Source of the DNA: Raillietiella orientalis | Lineage: Eukaryota | NCBI GenBank assembly: GCA_036172245.1 | Contig: JAYWIR010000001.1 | Coordinates: 2,976,001-3,040,000 of the forward strand | Direction of reading: 5' to 3' | DNA length: 64,000 bases | In this document: positions 35,947 to 48,049 of the stretch, one piece after another | Numbering within the stretch: the stretch's first letter is position 1 | How the letters are laid out: the number at the start of each line of letters is the position of its first letter | Program-made: the position numbers and the translations under genes | The notes under the pieces: model-generated | Databases searched by the model: none | Told to the model about the DNA's origin: nothing | The model's input: the letters and a program-made list of their open reading frames with translations, nothing else

Positions 35947-38900
35947 GGCTTACGATGATCCCTTTCAAGCAGCCTGTATACCATCACAGACTGAACGACC
36001 TTCGGCTTCTGCACCTCCCAAATCCTACCGTCTGTTAGGTGGTCCCCGGAAATCTAGTGGATAGCAGACAAAATCGAATCGAGCACGTGTCCAAGGCGGC
36101 AGTGATCCCGCGAGCGTCATGGCGTTCGTCGCTGCAACATTATCTGCAGCAGCTTCCTTTCTAAGCATGGGTTTCGTGAGGGCGTCTCGGACCAAAAAGT
36201 TCCGCAAGGATGGATCTCTTCCGAGCGGTTGCTGCGGATCGGTTTGTCCGCACTCCCCTCTTGTGCAGCACGTGCTGGAAGCACCAAGGCTGCAACCACC
36301 TCCTGCTTTGGGTCTCAGGTGGACTCCCTTAGAGAAAGAAACGCTGTAGCGCGAAGGAGTGCCCACGTGAGCATCCTTCCCTTCCTAGATGATGGTAGGA
36401 GGTCGTTCCTTGATTTTCGCATTCGTCCCATCATCTTCAGAGAGCCACTCGTATCTCGAGAGGTCATGAGTCTCTCAGTGCACAAATTTTGACGGAGGCT
36501 GCTCCCCGACTCTAGGATCTGGAGAAGCTGCTGACGCGGCGGATCTTGCTGAGCTTCGACAGGAGCCTGAGTGATCGCGGGAAGACGGTAGGAATCTTCC
36601 TCCCCTCCCACACACGCTGTCATCTCTTGAAATCGCTCCGCCGTCGCTTCCGAGAAATCTCCTGTGCTACTTCATCTCCGGCTCGCCACCGCCTCGAGCG
36701 GGCAGGGGCTTCGGAGCAAAAGGAGGGACGAAGAGGGTGCTGTGGAGCGACCGTGGGGTCCGGAACTGCATCGCCGCGGCAGGTGAGAAGAGAGAGAGGG
36801 ACGTTCTCACCTCCGGCCGCGGGGTTTCCTTCAGTTGAAGCTCCTCGTTGACATCACGGGCGGCGTTTTCGGAAGGAAACCCAGGACCACCGAATTCACG
36901 ACTTTCGACGAAAGTGACGCAACGGAGTCGCGCCCCAGGCTACGAAAGTTTCTCTCCGGTTGACCATGAAACGGCTGCTTGATTCGTTACCTCCCCCCTT
37001 TCCCCATAATAAAAGACGACTGTCTCTGCAGCAGCCCTGCAGGCACCCGACCGGGCGAACCAGCCGGCCGGCAGGCCAGGAAGACCCACTTTCCCTCCAA
37101 AGGGGGAGGAAGGAGGAAGAACGAGGAAGGCGCGAAATTCCTCCAGGGCTGAAGTCGCGTGGGCTTCCCCCCCCGCTTTCCCGTGCACCTCCCTAGTTCC
37201 GCGTGACAGCGCCTCCCCGCCACGTGGCCAAGAGCGATTCAAGAGCGAAGCTTCCGCGCCCTGAGGCGTCGTCGCTCGAAGTCCGAGCGCGCGATGGCGA
37301 ACAGTAAGTGGGTGGATGAAATGGCCAGATGCGTCTTCGAGGTGAACAAGAAGGAAGAAAAGGATGCTCCGGTTCGGAGCTCTCCCTCCATTTCTGATAA
37401 GGCAGCTGCGATGAGGGAGTCGCTCTCCCGCGGGAGACCATTAATTTCTGGAGCTTCGCCGGTATAATGAGGGAACCGTTAGCTGATCGCTGCCGGGACC
37501 TATCTTCTGGATGTGGGGTTCCCACCTCGTCCGAAGAAGACTATGGCGGGAGCAAGGAAGGAAGAAAGGCAGGGTGGCGCTCCCTATTGCAAGGGGGGGA
37601 CAAACAGCAGGGATGCGCTGCCCGGTGGGCGCCTCCATGGAAACGCCGGATCTTCCAGCTGGCTTCCTAAATCTTCCTCACGGATTTCCTCTCAACTCCA
37701 TCTCGCGGAAGCTGGGAAATTCGCAGGCAGCCCCGACGGAGGTCCAAACTGGGAAACCAGGGACCTCGCGTACGCGGTAAGGGGTTTTCTGGAGGGAGAG
37801 GTTGCTTGGCAACTAAGCCGGGCGCTCGGCTTGGGAGTTTCTCTCCTCCGGAACGAGACGATTTGCGTAGAGATGAGGTGCTTTGCGTGGGGATGTAGCG
37901 TACCTGCGCTCCCTACACTTCGAAGATGCCTTCGCGAAAAGGAAGATCCGGAAGGAAATCGAGAAGCTTCCATGCTCGGTGCCGCAGTTCTGAAAGAAAC
38001 CCCTCAGGCACGCTGGTTCATGCGCAGCTGCTGCTAGGTTGCTCACCTCAGCCTCCACTTCCCGTTGCATCCCCCCTCTCTGAAATCTCGGGTGTCGGCC
38101 CACCCATCCATCGTCCGGACTCGGGCTTTCATTCGAGCGTCATCGAGGTGAAACTGATCGACCGGAACGCGCCGCTGTCCGTTTCCGTGGTCCTGTTCGT
38201 CTTCCGGGCGAGGAAGGGGTTTCCCGGAGCTGAAGAGACTCGTAGTAAGAACGCCACCATCGCGGGAGAGAAGTCTTTTCGTCGTCGCCGCTTCCTGCCG
38301 TGGTATTTCGTTTCCGAAGAACGCCGCGTTTCCGGATGTCTCTTCTTCCAACGGCCTCTTCTCGGTGGGGGAGGAGGGCGCGTGATCGCCGGCAATGGCG
38401 GCTGGACCGCGTGATGTCGGAGCGTGCGCTCATTCCCACTGCTTTCTAGGAACGCAGTCTTTTAATTGGGCAGTGCCGAAGGGCGAAAAGGAACTCCTGG
38501 TCCGGTAGGCCGCTTGCGTCTTCCCAGGCCCTCCGGCTCGCTTACCCTCTTTTGTGCAAGCAGGACGAGGCACACGCTGGCGCGCTCTTCACAGGGGCGA
38601 GCTCGTTTCGCCCTCTGTCTCCCTTGTCCAGAGGCAAAGGAGGGAGGGTGCCGCCTTTCCCGGTCGCCGGTTGTGGGTCGCTCTCCAGAACTCTCCTGGT
38701 TCGTTTGCGGGTCGCCGCGAGAATTCAGTGACCTCAGTCGCCTCTTTCAGGTTCTCTGGAGCTTCCCGGATTTTCTTGCGGTCGGACAGCTCTGCCGAAT
38801 GACTTTGGAGCAGTGGTCTTTTTTACCTTTGGAACGGTAAAGAAAAGATTAAGAGTTTTTCCAAAACAAGGGAAGGGGGGGGAGGTGTCTACGACCCGCA

Positions 38901-39284
38901 ATGAAATTGGACCTGACCAACGAGGACAGGACGTGCACGAAAGTAAATGAGACAAACACGAAACAAGTCAAAGGGAGGTGAGCAAAGATGAGATCGAGAT
39001 TTCCGCCTCTTGAGAGAAGTGCACAGCCCCACTACCTAGCGTTATTCGAAGGTGGAGGTTCTTTGAAGGTTCGCAGAGGACACCTCAGCACGTTCTTTGA
39101 AGGTTCCAGCAGGCACGCTGAAGAGCTTGGAGTTGGCCCAGCCCTTCCGCCATTCTCTTTCTTTATCACCATGTGGGGGGGAGGGGAAGACGGCGAAGAA
39201 GGTGGTTGTCATCACGACCGGTGGAGCGACCGATGCACCCCAATGCGCGTGTCTGTTAAAAGCCGTATGGTGAACGCAACAACC

Positions 39285-39445
39285 ATTTCTTCCTCCCTCC
39301 TCCTTCTCCTTTCCTTCCTCTTCTCTTTCTGCCTCCCGCCTTCCTCCTCCTCCTCCCTTCTCATCCACCTTTCCTTTCTCTTTCCTTTCTCCCTCCCTCC
39401 TTCCTCCTTTCCTTCCTCCTGTTTCTCCTCCTCCTCCTCCTCTCC
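39285..39445. repeat. Polypyrimidine (CCT/CTT) tract
   Basis: About 160 nt almost purely C/T. Confidence 0.85.
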
Positions 39446-42400
39446 AGCTGTGACATCTCTCGAGCCGTGAGATGCTCTTGGTCCATAACCTTTTGCCCCA
39501 AGAGGAGGAAGAGGAGTTTTCGCTCTGAAGTCGAAGGAATCCTATGCTTCTGCGCGCATGCCGGACCCAGTGGGGGAAAAGGGGTGGCAGAGGAGGGAAG
39601 GGCGGTCAGGATGGACCTTAAGCGTCGCCCTTCAGGTGGCCCTCGGCCCCCAGCGCAACCCCGTCGAAGAGATGAAGGACATGGAGCGCCGGACGGCGGA
39701 TGCAGCGGTTCGCGCGTCGGCTTGGCTCTCTCCTCCTCCCTGCGCGGCATCCGACGACGACGCCAGCCAGCCAGGAGAGGAGGCAGGGGGTTCCAGAGGC
39801 TTCCTACGTGCATACCCCGCAGACCCTTCGCAGCCTCCGGCATCTCTCGCGCTTCCTCCCCTCCCCCCTCCCTGGCGGGGTAGCGAGCGGAAGGGGTGTG
39901 GGTTCCCGCCTCGCGGCCGCCCGCCTGGGGAGAGCGGGTGGCAACGAACCCGTCGGGCGAGCCTGCGCCGCCTTCTCTCGGGAACGGCTGCTGCCGGCGA
40001 TCTCCTCGGACTGCTCTTTCTCCTCCTCCTCCTCCTCCATCAGCAAGAAGGAGGGACCGAGGATGCTTCTCCGGAGCGGGCGCGTTCGCGGCAGCTCCCG
40101 CCGTGATTCGCGGCCGGCCGTCGTCCGCAGCTTCCCCCCTGTAGCGGGGAAAAAGATCTTCGACTCTTCTCTTTCCCCCGCTTCTTCCTCCCTCTTCCGG
40201 GTTGCCGTGGCAACGGTATGGCGGGGCTGAGCGAGAAGGGAGAAAATAAAGGAAGAAAGCAATGAGGAGGAGGCGCGAACGAGGAACACCGCCAGCGGTG
40301 TCTCCGGGCGTTCCCGTTTCGACCCGCCAGGCGGTGCTCTCTTCCGACATTCCTCCGTCAGGAGGCAGCAGCGTGCGGGCCGACGCGGACCCGAGGGCTT
40401 CGTTTCTGGTGCGATCCGATTCTTCCTGCCCGCCGCATTCGCTTCTCGGGCGGAGGGCTGCTGAGTGGGGCCTTTTGTGTGCGCCGGCCCGTCCTCCATT
40501 GTGGCACTCCTGGCAGCAGCTGCCGCCGCTTTTTCTTCTCCGAGGGAGGGAGGGGAAGGGAAGGGAAGGGAAGGAGACGCTCCCCTGCCCATTATTCGCC
40601 CCTCCAGCCGACGACGGACCGGGAAGTGAACGCGACGTCCCCTTCGCCCGGGCTGGGAGAGTCCGCGAAACGAGCCGCGCCCCTTCCCGGAAGCCCGGAG
40701 GTTCTCCCCGCCTTCCCGAAATCCTCCTTCTCCTTTCAGGATGGCGGGCTCGCTTCCTTCCTGCCCGTTGCCGCTACTGACCTCCAGCGCTGCCACTTCG
40801 GATGCAGCCGTCCGTCGGATGCTGGGATCCGAGGTCGACTGCCAGGTTGCTCTCCCCGGTAGCGGGTCGCGGGGTCGGACGGCCTGGCGCTGCCGAGGGC
40901 GATGCCGCGCGCGGCGACGACGACGGTGGCGGCCCGCCCACACCTTGGGCGACGCCCGAGAGCTACTAGAGCGGAGTGGGTCTGGGGAGACGTGAAGGCG
41001 TAGGGTCTGCGAAAAGGGCGTAGAAGCTGCGAAAGGAGGGACCGTGAGTGCTGACACTCTTCGTCCCGGCCTAGGATGCACTCAGGATACGCGAGCAGGA
41101 ATAGATCTCTCCCAGGGACCAGCAGGATCGCCAGCCCCGACCCGTTCGGGACGGGAGGTTCATCCTGGGGTGAAGGTCTTCTTTGCCTCCCTTCCTCAAA
41201 GAGCAAACAGAGTCGCCGGCAAGCAGCAGCCGGAGCCCCTTGCGCCCCTTTTGCCGCCTCGCTTCTCGTTGCCCGTGGTTACGGCAAGGCCAAGAGAAGA
41301 CGGGGGCAGGGCGGAAGATGCTTCCCGACGCGGAACGCGCGCGCTCCCTTCCTCCCTGGCCTTCCAGGCAAAGGCGCGTGAGTGCACCCGTTGCGAGAAA
41401 AGCAGGATGCAGCCGGCCATTCCTTCCGGTTGTTCGGCTCTGCTTCCGGGCTAGGTCTGCTCTTTCCATCTCGCTCACCCGCATCCCGGCGCGTCCCCAG
41501 GGAAGGCCGCTCTTCTCGTCCCGTCTCTGTCTCCTCCTCTTTCTCTCCTCTTCCTCCTCCCCCCTTCTTCTTCCCATCCTCCTCGTCCTCCTCCCTTGGT
41601 CCGGGGTAAGGAAAGGGCGAAAGAGGCTGTCCCTGGAAACGTCCCCGGCAGCGTGATGCTTCTTTCGCAGCAACCTGCGTCGCTCACGGAATGCCGAGAA
41701 AAGGAAAAGAAAAACGAAGGAAGAAAGCTGCGGAGTGGAAGCGCGGCGGTGCCACCTGGGAATGCACCCCTACGCTCCCGCTGCACGGAACCCCTGCCCC
41801 TTCCCTCACGAAAGATAATCCTCAGTCCTCGGACAAGACCTTGCCGCGATGTTCATTGTATCATTCGGCTCCGATGACGCCACGGTTCCCCATTCAGTTA
41901 CGCACAGGTGTTCACCTATTACCTCCCCAACGACTTGCGGAGGGCAAACCGTTTCCGAATCGTTCGCTCGTAAATCCCAAGTGGTACGGCAGCAGCGAAC
42001 TGCTTAACGTGTGCGTTTCAAGCCGCTCGGAGTCGACGCGACCAATGGCCAACGGAAAAGGAAAAAATTTCGCGCCAGCCCTCGCGAGACGCAGTGGTGC
42101 GCGCGCCGCCGCCGCCGCCGTGCGGCAGTTGACCGTGGAGTCAGCTCGGGGTGAGAGGGAGAAGGTGACGTCGACCCTGCGCCTCTCCAGCTGGAGATGC
42201 ACGCACGCGCGGCGCGTGCTTTTCGGCCAGACTCAGGGAGCCGCCAGTGGACACGCGCGCGCACCTCTTGCCGGCGGAAGCGGCAACCCTGCTCTGCGGT
42301 CTCGCACGCGTCCCGTCAGGAGACCCGAAGGAAGGGCGCCGGTGCGGAGCAGAGCCTTCTCGATCAGCAGTTTCCCTGGAAAATTCCGGACCCCGACTAC

Positions 42401-43884
42401 GCCCCACGGATCACAGGCATGCGTCACCGACCCTCTGTGACGGCGCGGCATCTCAACGTTGTCGGGAAAAATGAAGCAGGAATTGGGGGGAGGGGAACGG
42501 AAAAGCGGCGGGAGTTGGCCAACCAAAACTCAGTGGCGTAAACAAAATTCGTGGCAGTTCCTTCGTTTACCTCCCCTCATCCTCTACCTTCGCGGGACGT
42601 CGCAGGAAATCGGGAAGCATCGCTTCCCGGTCTAGCCTGGAATGAAACTGGAGCCTGCAGCGGCCACCGGATCACGTGACGAATTCCGGTTACGCACTCG
42701 AAAACGAAAAAAAGAAAAAAAAAAAGGAAAGGAAGAAAGAGAAAAAGCGTTTTCATGGCTGCGGTGGATGCGCTGGATCGTGCGGTCTTCGTTCGCTCTC
42801 CAGCGCGCTGTGGACCCTGGCTACTCGCCTCGGGTCGCCGCGTCGTGCTCGAGTAGTGCGTTCCGCACGTCTGGGAGAGTGTCTTTAGGGTCACGCATGC
42901 GCGCGCGGACACTCACGTTTGCTTCCCCTTTGCTGTCCCCTCTCGACACGCACTGTCAGCTGTTCGGATGGCGCAGCTCCTGCTGAGGAACTTCAGGGCG
43001 TCGATGCCATCATCATTCCCACCGTTGCCCCAGTGACGGCTGCACTAAACAGTTAGCGAAGTGGCCGCCTTCAGAGAGATCGTTCCTGAACGTGATTCTC
43101 CCAGGAGCGCGTACTTTTTTCGTGACGCACTCGCACACCTCGGGTGCGTTTGAGCTCGCGCATCTTGACGAGGGGGAAAGCCGAAGAGATGCCTCGCATA
43201 GCGCGCCGTTCCGCATTGCGGAAACTCGCCGTGCGCAGTTGCCGCACCCAGCACGTCGTCGTCACACCTGCCTGGCCAGTGCCCACGGTGGTGGTGTTCC
43301 CGTCGCGGTTTGGCTGGAGTCCCGCCTCCTCCTGTGCAGAGCATGATCCGTCGCAAGTCACAGCTTCGTTTTTCTTTTTTTGCAGGTCGTTATGACAACT
43401 TGGGATCCTTTCGCACCACGGGTCTTTTCGTCCGCGCTTGCGCACAGCGATCCGCGGCGGCTGCTGACGTCCCAGAGGACCGACCCGGTAAAAACACAGC
43501 TGACAAACGACGCACGCCTGTGGGCACATGAAAATACTCCAGGAGGACAGGAACCAAGAAAACCGAAAACAGGATCAAGGAGAGCAGGAAGACGACGACG
43601 ACGAAAACAGCGTCTCTTACAGTTTGCTTTTCGGCCGTCGTCCGCGCAGGCGCATGACCGCAAACACACGGCAGTAGGTTTGCGGCTTCGCCCCTTCGCC
43701 GAGTCACGCACAGACCGTTTCGGGAAGAAGTTTCTTGTTTGTTTCCAACCAGGTTTCTTTGGACCTGGCAGCTCTGTTCGGAGGTTCCTCCTGCTGCCAT
43801 CCACCGCTAGAAATTGTTCCTCCGAAAGAGTGGCGCACTTTCGTGGCTTATCGGGCTGGTGCAACCAGCTTGCGGGATGTCAGC

Positions 43885-44235
43885 TGCCTCCGGTTGTGAA
43901 AAGGGAGCCGCACCACGAAGTAGGTTGATGTGCCTCTCAGGGATTCTCACAGCAGAGTGTCAAGAAGCGCGCTGCTCCCCTGTGGCTTTCCTCCGGAGAA
44001 GAAACGAGGAGCGGCCTGTCGTTTCTTCTCGTTCCGTTCCTTATTTTCTCTCCGGAGAAAATAAGGAAGAGGTTCCCTTCGGTGTTCTTCTACGAAGCTT
44101 AAGAGCGACGGGCTCCTTCCATTGGAGTCTTCCTGGTCTCTTCGGGGTGCTCCCTATAACTCCTATAGCTTGAAGGGCCACACGCACCCTCTGGTGGCGT
44201 GGACAGTGGGTATTCAGAACTTGGCGAACCAGAAA
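43885..44235 (+). mobile_element. Hairpin-rich SINE-like repeat, copy E (diverged, head not recognisable)
   Basis: Anchors CCTCCGGTTGTGAAAA, CAGAGTGTCAAGAAGCG and CTTGAAGGGCCACACGCACCCTCTGGTGGCGTGGA in the family order. Perfect 12-bp and 14-bp hairpins at 43996-44030 and 44037-44068. Confidence 0.7.
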
Positions 44236-47200
44236 AAGACCTGCTTTCTCAGGTCAACCGGTTCACCAATACTGCCCATCATCGAATTGGTTGCATCGGA
44301 AACATGCAGATTAGCACTCTGCTCCTCGATTGTGCGGGAGTGGATTACAGTGAGGGGCGGATGCTGTGCTTGCTCCTCAGGAGGAGGGGAGATTTCCGCA
44401 ATCCGGAAGCACCTGCACCCTGAAGAGTCTTTTGCGGATTGGTGCAGCCCCGTTCTTCGGCGGACATCGTACTCCGGCGAGAAGCGGAGATTGGGGAAGA
44501 TAAACCGGAGATTGGGAGGAAAGATAAAACGAGATAAAATTCGAACGGCCGACGTCCTTCCTTCACGTTGGACTCACTTGGTGCATCAGGAAGTATCGGC
44601 CTAAGAACTTCCAAAAGCGGTGTCATTTTCCCGGCTTTTTAAAATTTGTTTGCAAAGCTGAGAAGCTGTCTCTGTGCATCTTTCAGCTTATCACTATCCG
44701 AGCAGTATACTTTTTGCATAACCATCATCTACTCTATTCCTTTAGTTCCCTTCCAGATGCAGCATCCAACGGGACAAAAAATAAATAAGATATTTTGTTG
44801 GACAGGAAACTACCTTCCTTTCTGAATCTCTTGTTTGTTTTCAAATGAGAGAAACTTCTGTATATATATACATTACTATATATATATAAATAGTAATGAT
44901 GTGCCACTTTGTTATTTATAATACCAAATTGCATCGTACTGCTTCATCATCACACCATCATTACCGTTCTGAATTCGAGCATCTCACAGCTGGTTTAACA
45001 CCGGGCACGACCAAAGCTGGGCTCCGCCAGCCGTCTTCGTAGCTGAAAAAATGCAGCGAGACAGCAGCTGACGTTCTTTCTGCACGTTGGACTCACCTGG
45101 TGCATCAGGAAGTATCCGTACTTCTTGGTTAGAGTTTTCACGGATGCATTCGAGTACTCTGAACGAGTGCGTCCAAGTGCTGAAGACCAGCTGGAAGGCA
45201 CCTGGACCACCTTCGCGCTTTCAGTTCCCCTCGAACGTGCGTTGAGAGTATAGAGGACGGTGTACGCCACGTAGGATCGCATCTGGCAAGTCACGTTTTT
45301 GATATGCGGCTCTCAGGAGCATCACCTGACCTGAAAAGGTGTTCCGACATCATCCCTTTGGTCGCCCGACACTTCTTTTTCAATTCCCTTGAAGTCGCCA
45401 GATTCGCAAGGAGTGTGTCGCCCTGGACTACATCCGTGCATTTCACTGTCAGCCGGCGCTGACCATCGAAAAACCATGGCAGGTTAGTTTTTCATCCTCC
45501 CGTGGCAGAATTTAGTACGAGCAGGACGTCCTGGTGCACCGTTAAGGCCCTGCGCTTTGTCAGTTGAGTTCCGAATCTGGGCTCGGCCCGAGTTGTGCAC
45601 CATGGAGTCACTCATCTGTGAACATTGCCCATTCGCTTACACACGGTTTAACACGAAAGTCACACGCTCACGGCTGCAAGCAACGAACAGTGCTCCCACC
45701 TCAGTTACGTGGTGGCCGCGTTTCACCAGCAAGCCGGAAACGCTCCTCTGTCCCGAATCCGAAACGATCCGGGTGAAGTCAGTTTTGCTCTCGCTAGGCG
45801 ACGCCTGGTCCGACATCCGTTTGGAATTTACCCTGCCGAGCACGTTGAGTCCTTTGGAATTCCACGTGGCAGCCTGGAAGGAGTACCCGGAAAGCCGCCG
45901 CATCTTCTTAGCGTGAGCAGAGCAGGCACTGGAGCTTCCTAAACATGCTGGCGGAAGTGAATTGCGAGCCTTCTGGAAGCGCTGAATTTGGAAGGTGTCC
46001 CTGCCGCTGAGCTTTAGAAACGGAGAATCTGCTTTCCGAGGTCGTGAATCAGGGAGGCCTTTCAGCGAAAGGGAACCCGAGTCTTAGGGGAAAGCAGCTG
46101 GCGCCGTTGCCCCCCCCCCGTCCGAATGAGGCGGAGCGAAATGGCAAAAGCGCCCTCTTTTTGGTGGTTCTCAATGAGTCTTCGGTGAGGGTGCGTCCTC
46201 TGTGGGAGCTCGTGCGACGAATTCCAAACTTTGGAGGAAGTGCTTACTGAGGGAAAGCGATGCTTCTTGGAGCCGAATCCTGCCTTATCAAGAGGAGGGT
46301 GAGGCGTGTTCCGGGCGATCTCTTGCAGGTGCAGAATCCCAGGAATTCTCGAGACTCCGAGCGTTCCGTATCGCATCGAAAAGACAGGAGCAAGAAAGAC
46401 GGCAACTGTGGTTGCAGGCAGAATCCTTTGTAGCTGTCGAGCGTTGAGAAAAAGAAAAGAGGAATCGAAAACGAAAATCTCACGATCGTGAAACATTCGC
46501 CCAGCATCCGTTGCAGAAATTTTTGCGATTCCGTCCCGTCGGTCACACTTCCGTTTTTTTTTTTTTTTTTTTGGCCACCATGAGACACAAGCAGAACGAA
46601 TGCTGGAACTCATTCTTTCGCATGTGTCCGCCGACGTGCCGACTAAGCAAATATCAAGTCATCTTCCATCCGAAGGGAAGAAGACGTGGACGCCATGTCC
46701 AAGTTGAAAGTTCCACCCCGGGCGTGGTTTTCGTTCTTATTTTTTTTCTTCTTCCTATCCAGAAGGAATTCTTGCGCACGCCAGCTATTAGCTGTGCAAT
46801 GATCTCCAAATAAATCGATCCGAGAAACCAAAGCTCTTCCCTGCTGCATTCATCCCACGCGAACTCGGCTTTCCCTCGCGGGACGCCTTTTCACTTTCCG
46901 TGCCGGGAGCAGCAACCCCGGCAGCATTGTTTGCCAGCATCCAACAGAGATCTTTGGCTGCTCGCTCCCGCGTTCATTCAATCACTGCGTGTTTCCTTGG
47001 TGTTTACTTCCTCGAACAGGTGATCCCGCGAGGAAAGCGCGCGGAGCATAAATTGCAATTCCTGCAGCCGCCGCAGCTTCCCGTTTCATCGATCGCAATG
47101 GCCCGGTGATGATTCATGGCTCACGGCAGTGGCGCGCTTCCCTTAACCGGCGACAAGAGGTCCTCCGCAGCCTCCGCGGGCGGAATCTCCCTGCTGGATG

Positions 47201-47688
47201 CTTTGTGTGGCGCGCGCGGTGGCGCCCCCGAAATCTCGATCGTCCCCGCTCTTACAGGTTGGCTGTAGCGGACTCGGCGACAAACAAAGTGGGGAGCAGA
47301 TGAAAAACCAGGAAGCAGAGAGCGGAAGGGAAGAAAGAAAAGAAAGGGAGGGTGAGGGGGAGAGAAGAGGAGGAGGAGAATCGCACACGAATCGTGTTGG
47401 TGCGCTCTCGCCAGCGCCTTGGGCTTTCTACAGCTTGGTGTGGCGTGTAAACAGTCCACCTCGGCGATTAATTTGTTTGTCTTACTGTAGCTGTTCTTCC
47501 AGTGAACCTGCTATGCATTGAGCGCCCCTGTTTACTCGGGATGTCCAGCCTGATCCGTAGCAACGGCAGCGGATGAACCGAATTTGCCTCCTTTCGCTCA
47601 CAGGTCTTTCCAGAAAAATTCGAGAGTGCCGGAAGGAAACGAGGTGGAATCGTGATTGCCAGGTTGCGTCGTCATCATCATCACAAAG

Positions 47689-48049
47689 TAGTGGTACCTC
47701 GGTACTCGACAGCGTCGGGACTCGTCAAACTCAGTACTCGAAGAGCATTTTGGCGAGGATAAAAAAAAAAAAAAAATGCTTCGACACTCGGAGCACGCTC
47801 GAAACTCGACACCATCCCGCTCACGTGATGAAACAAGGGAACAAGCTCGAGTCTCGTGGTAGCTCGCGAACACTTCCAGAGAGTGCCTCCCGAACCGTTC
47901 CCTTTTTTGTGCTTTCTGTGCACTCTAAGCGTTAATCGTGGGTCCTAAAATGGTTAAAAATGATGCCACGAGACTGCCTAGAAAGCAATTCGTTCGGCAC
48001 TCGTCACGAGTTCCGGAACGAAGTAGCGACGAGTTCCGAGGTACCGCTG
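47689..48049. mobile_element. MITE-like non-autonomous DNA transposon (hAT-like termini)
   Basis: Imperfect terminal inverted repeats TAGTGGTACCTCGGTACTCGAC and CAGCGGTACCTCGGAACTCGTC (reverse complement of the right end), with subterminal ACTCG/CGAGT repeats. No 8-bp target-site duplication survives. Confidence 0.55.

Noticed and set aside
36110..36600. Possible Gypsy pol/integrase zinc-finger relic on the minus strand (EAQQDPPRQQLLQILESG...LVLP...FW); similar hints at 48250-48450
   Set aside because: The motifs are too degenerate and scattered across frames to support without a search.
39804..41081. Long ORFs in GC-rich blocks (425 aa here; also 25644-26747, 18650-19594, 31251-32207, 24050-24952)
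   Set aside because: Arg/Pro/Gly/Ser low-complexity translations, open in several frames on both strands, with no recognisable domain. This is expected from stop-codon depletion in CpG-rich DNA.
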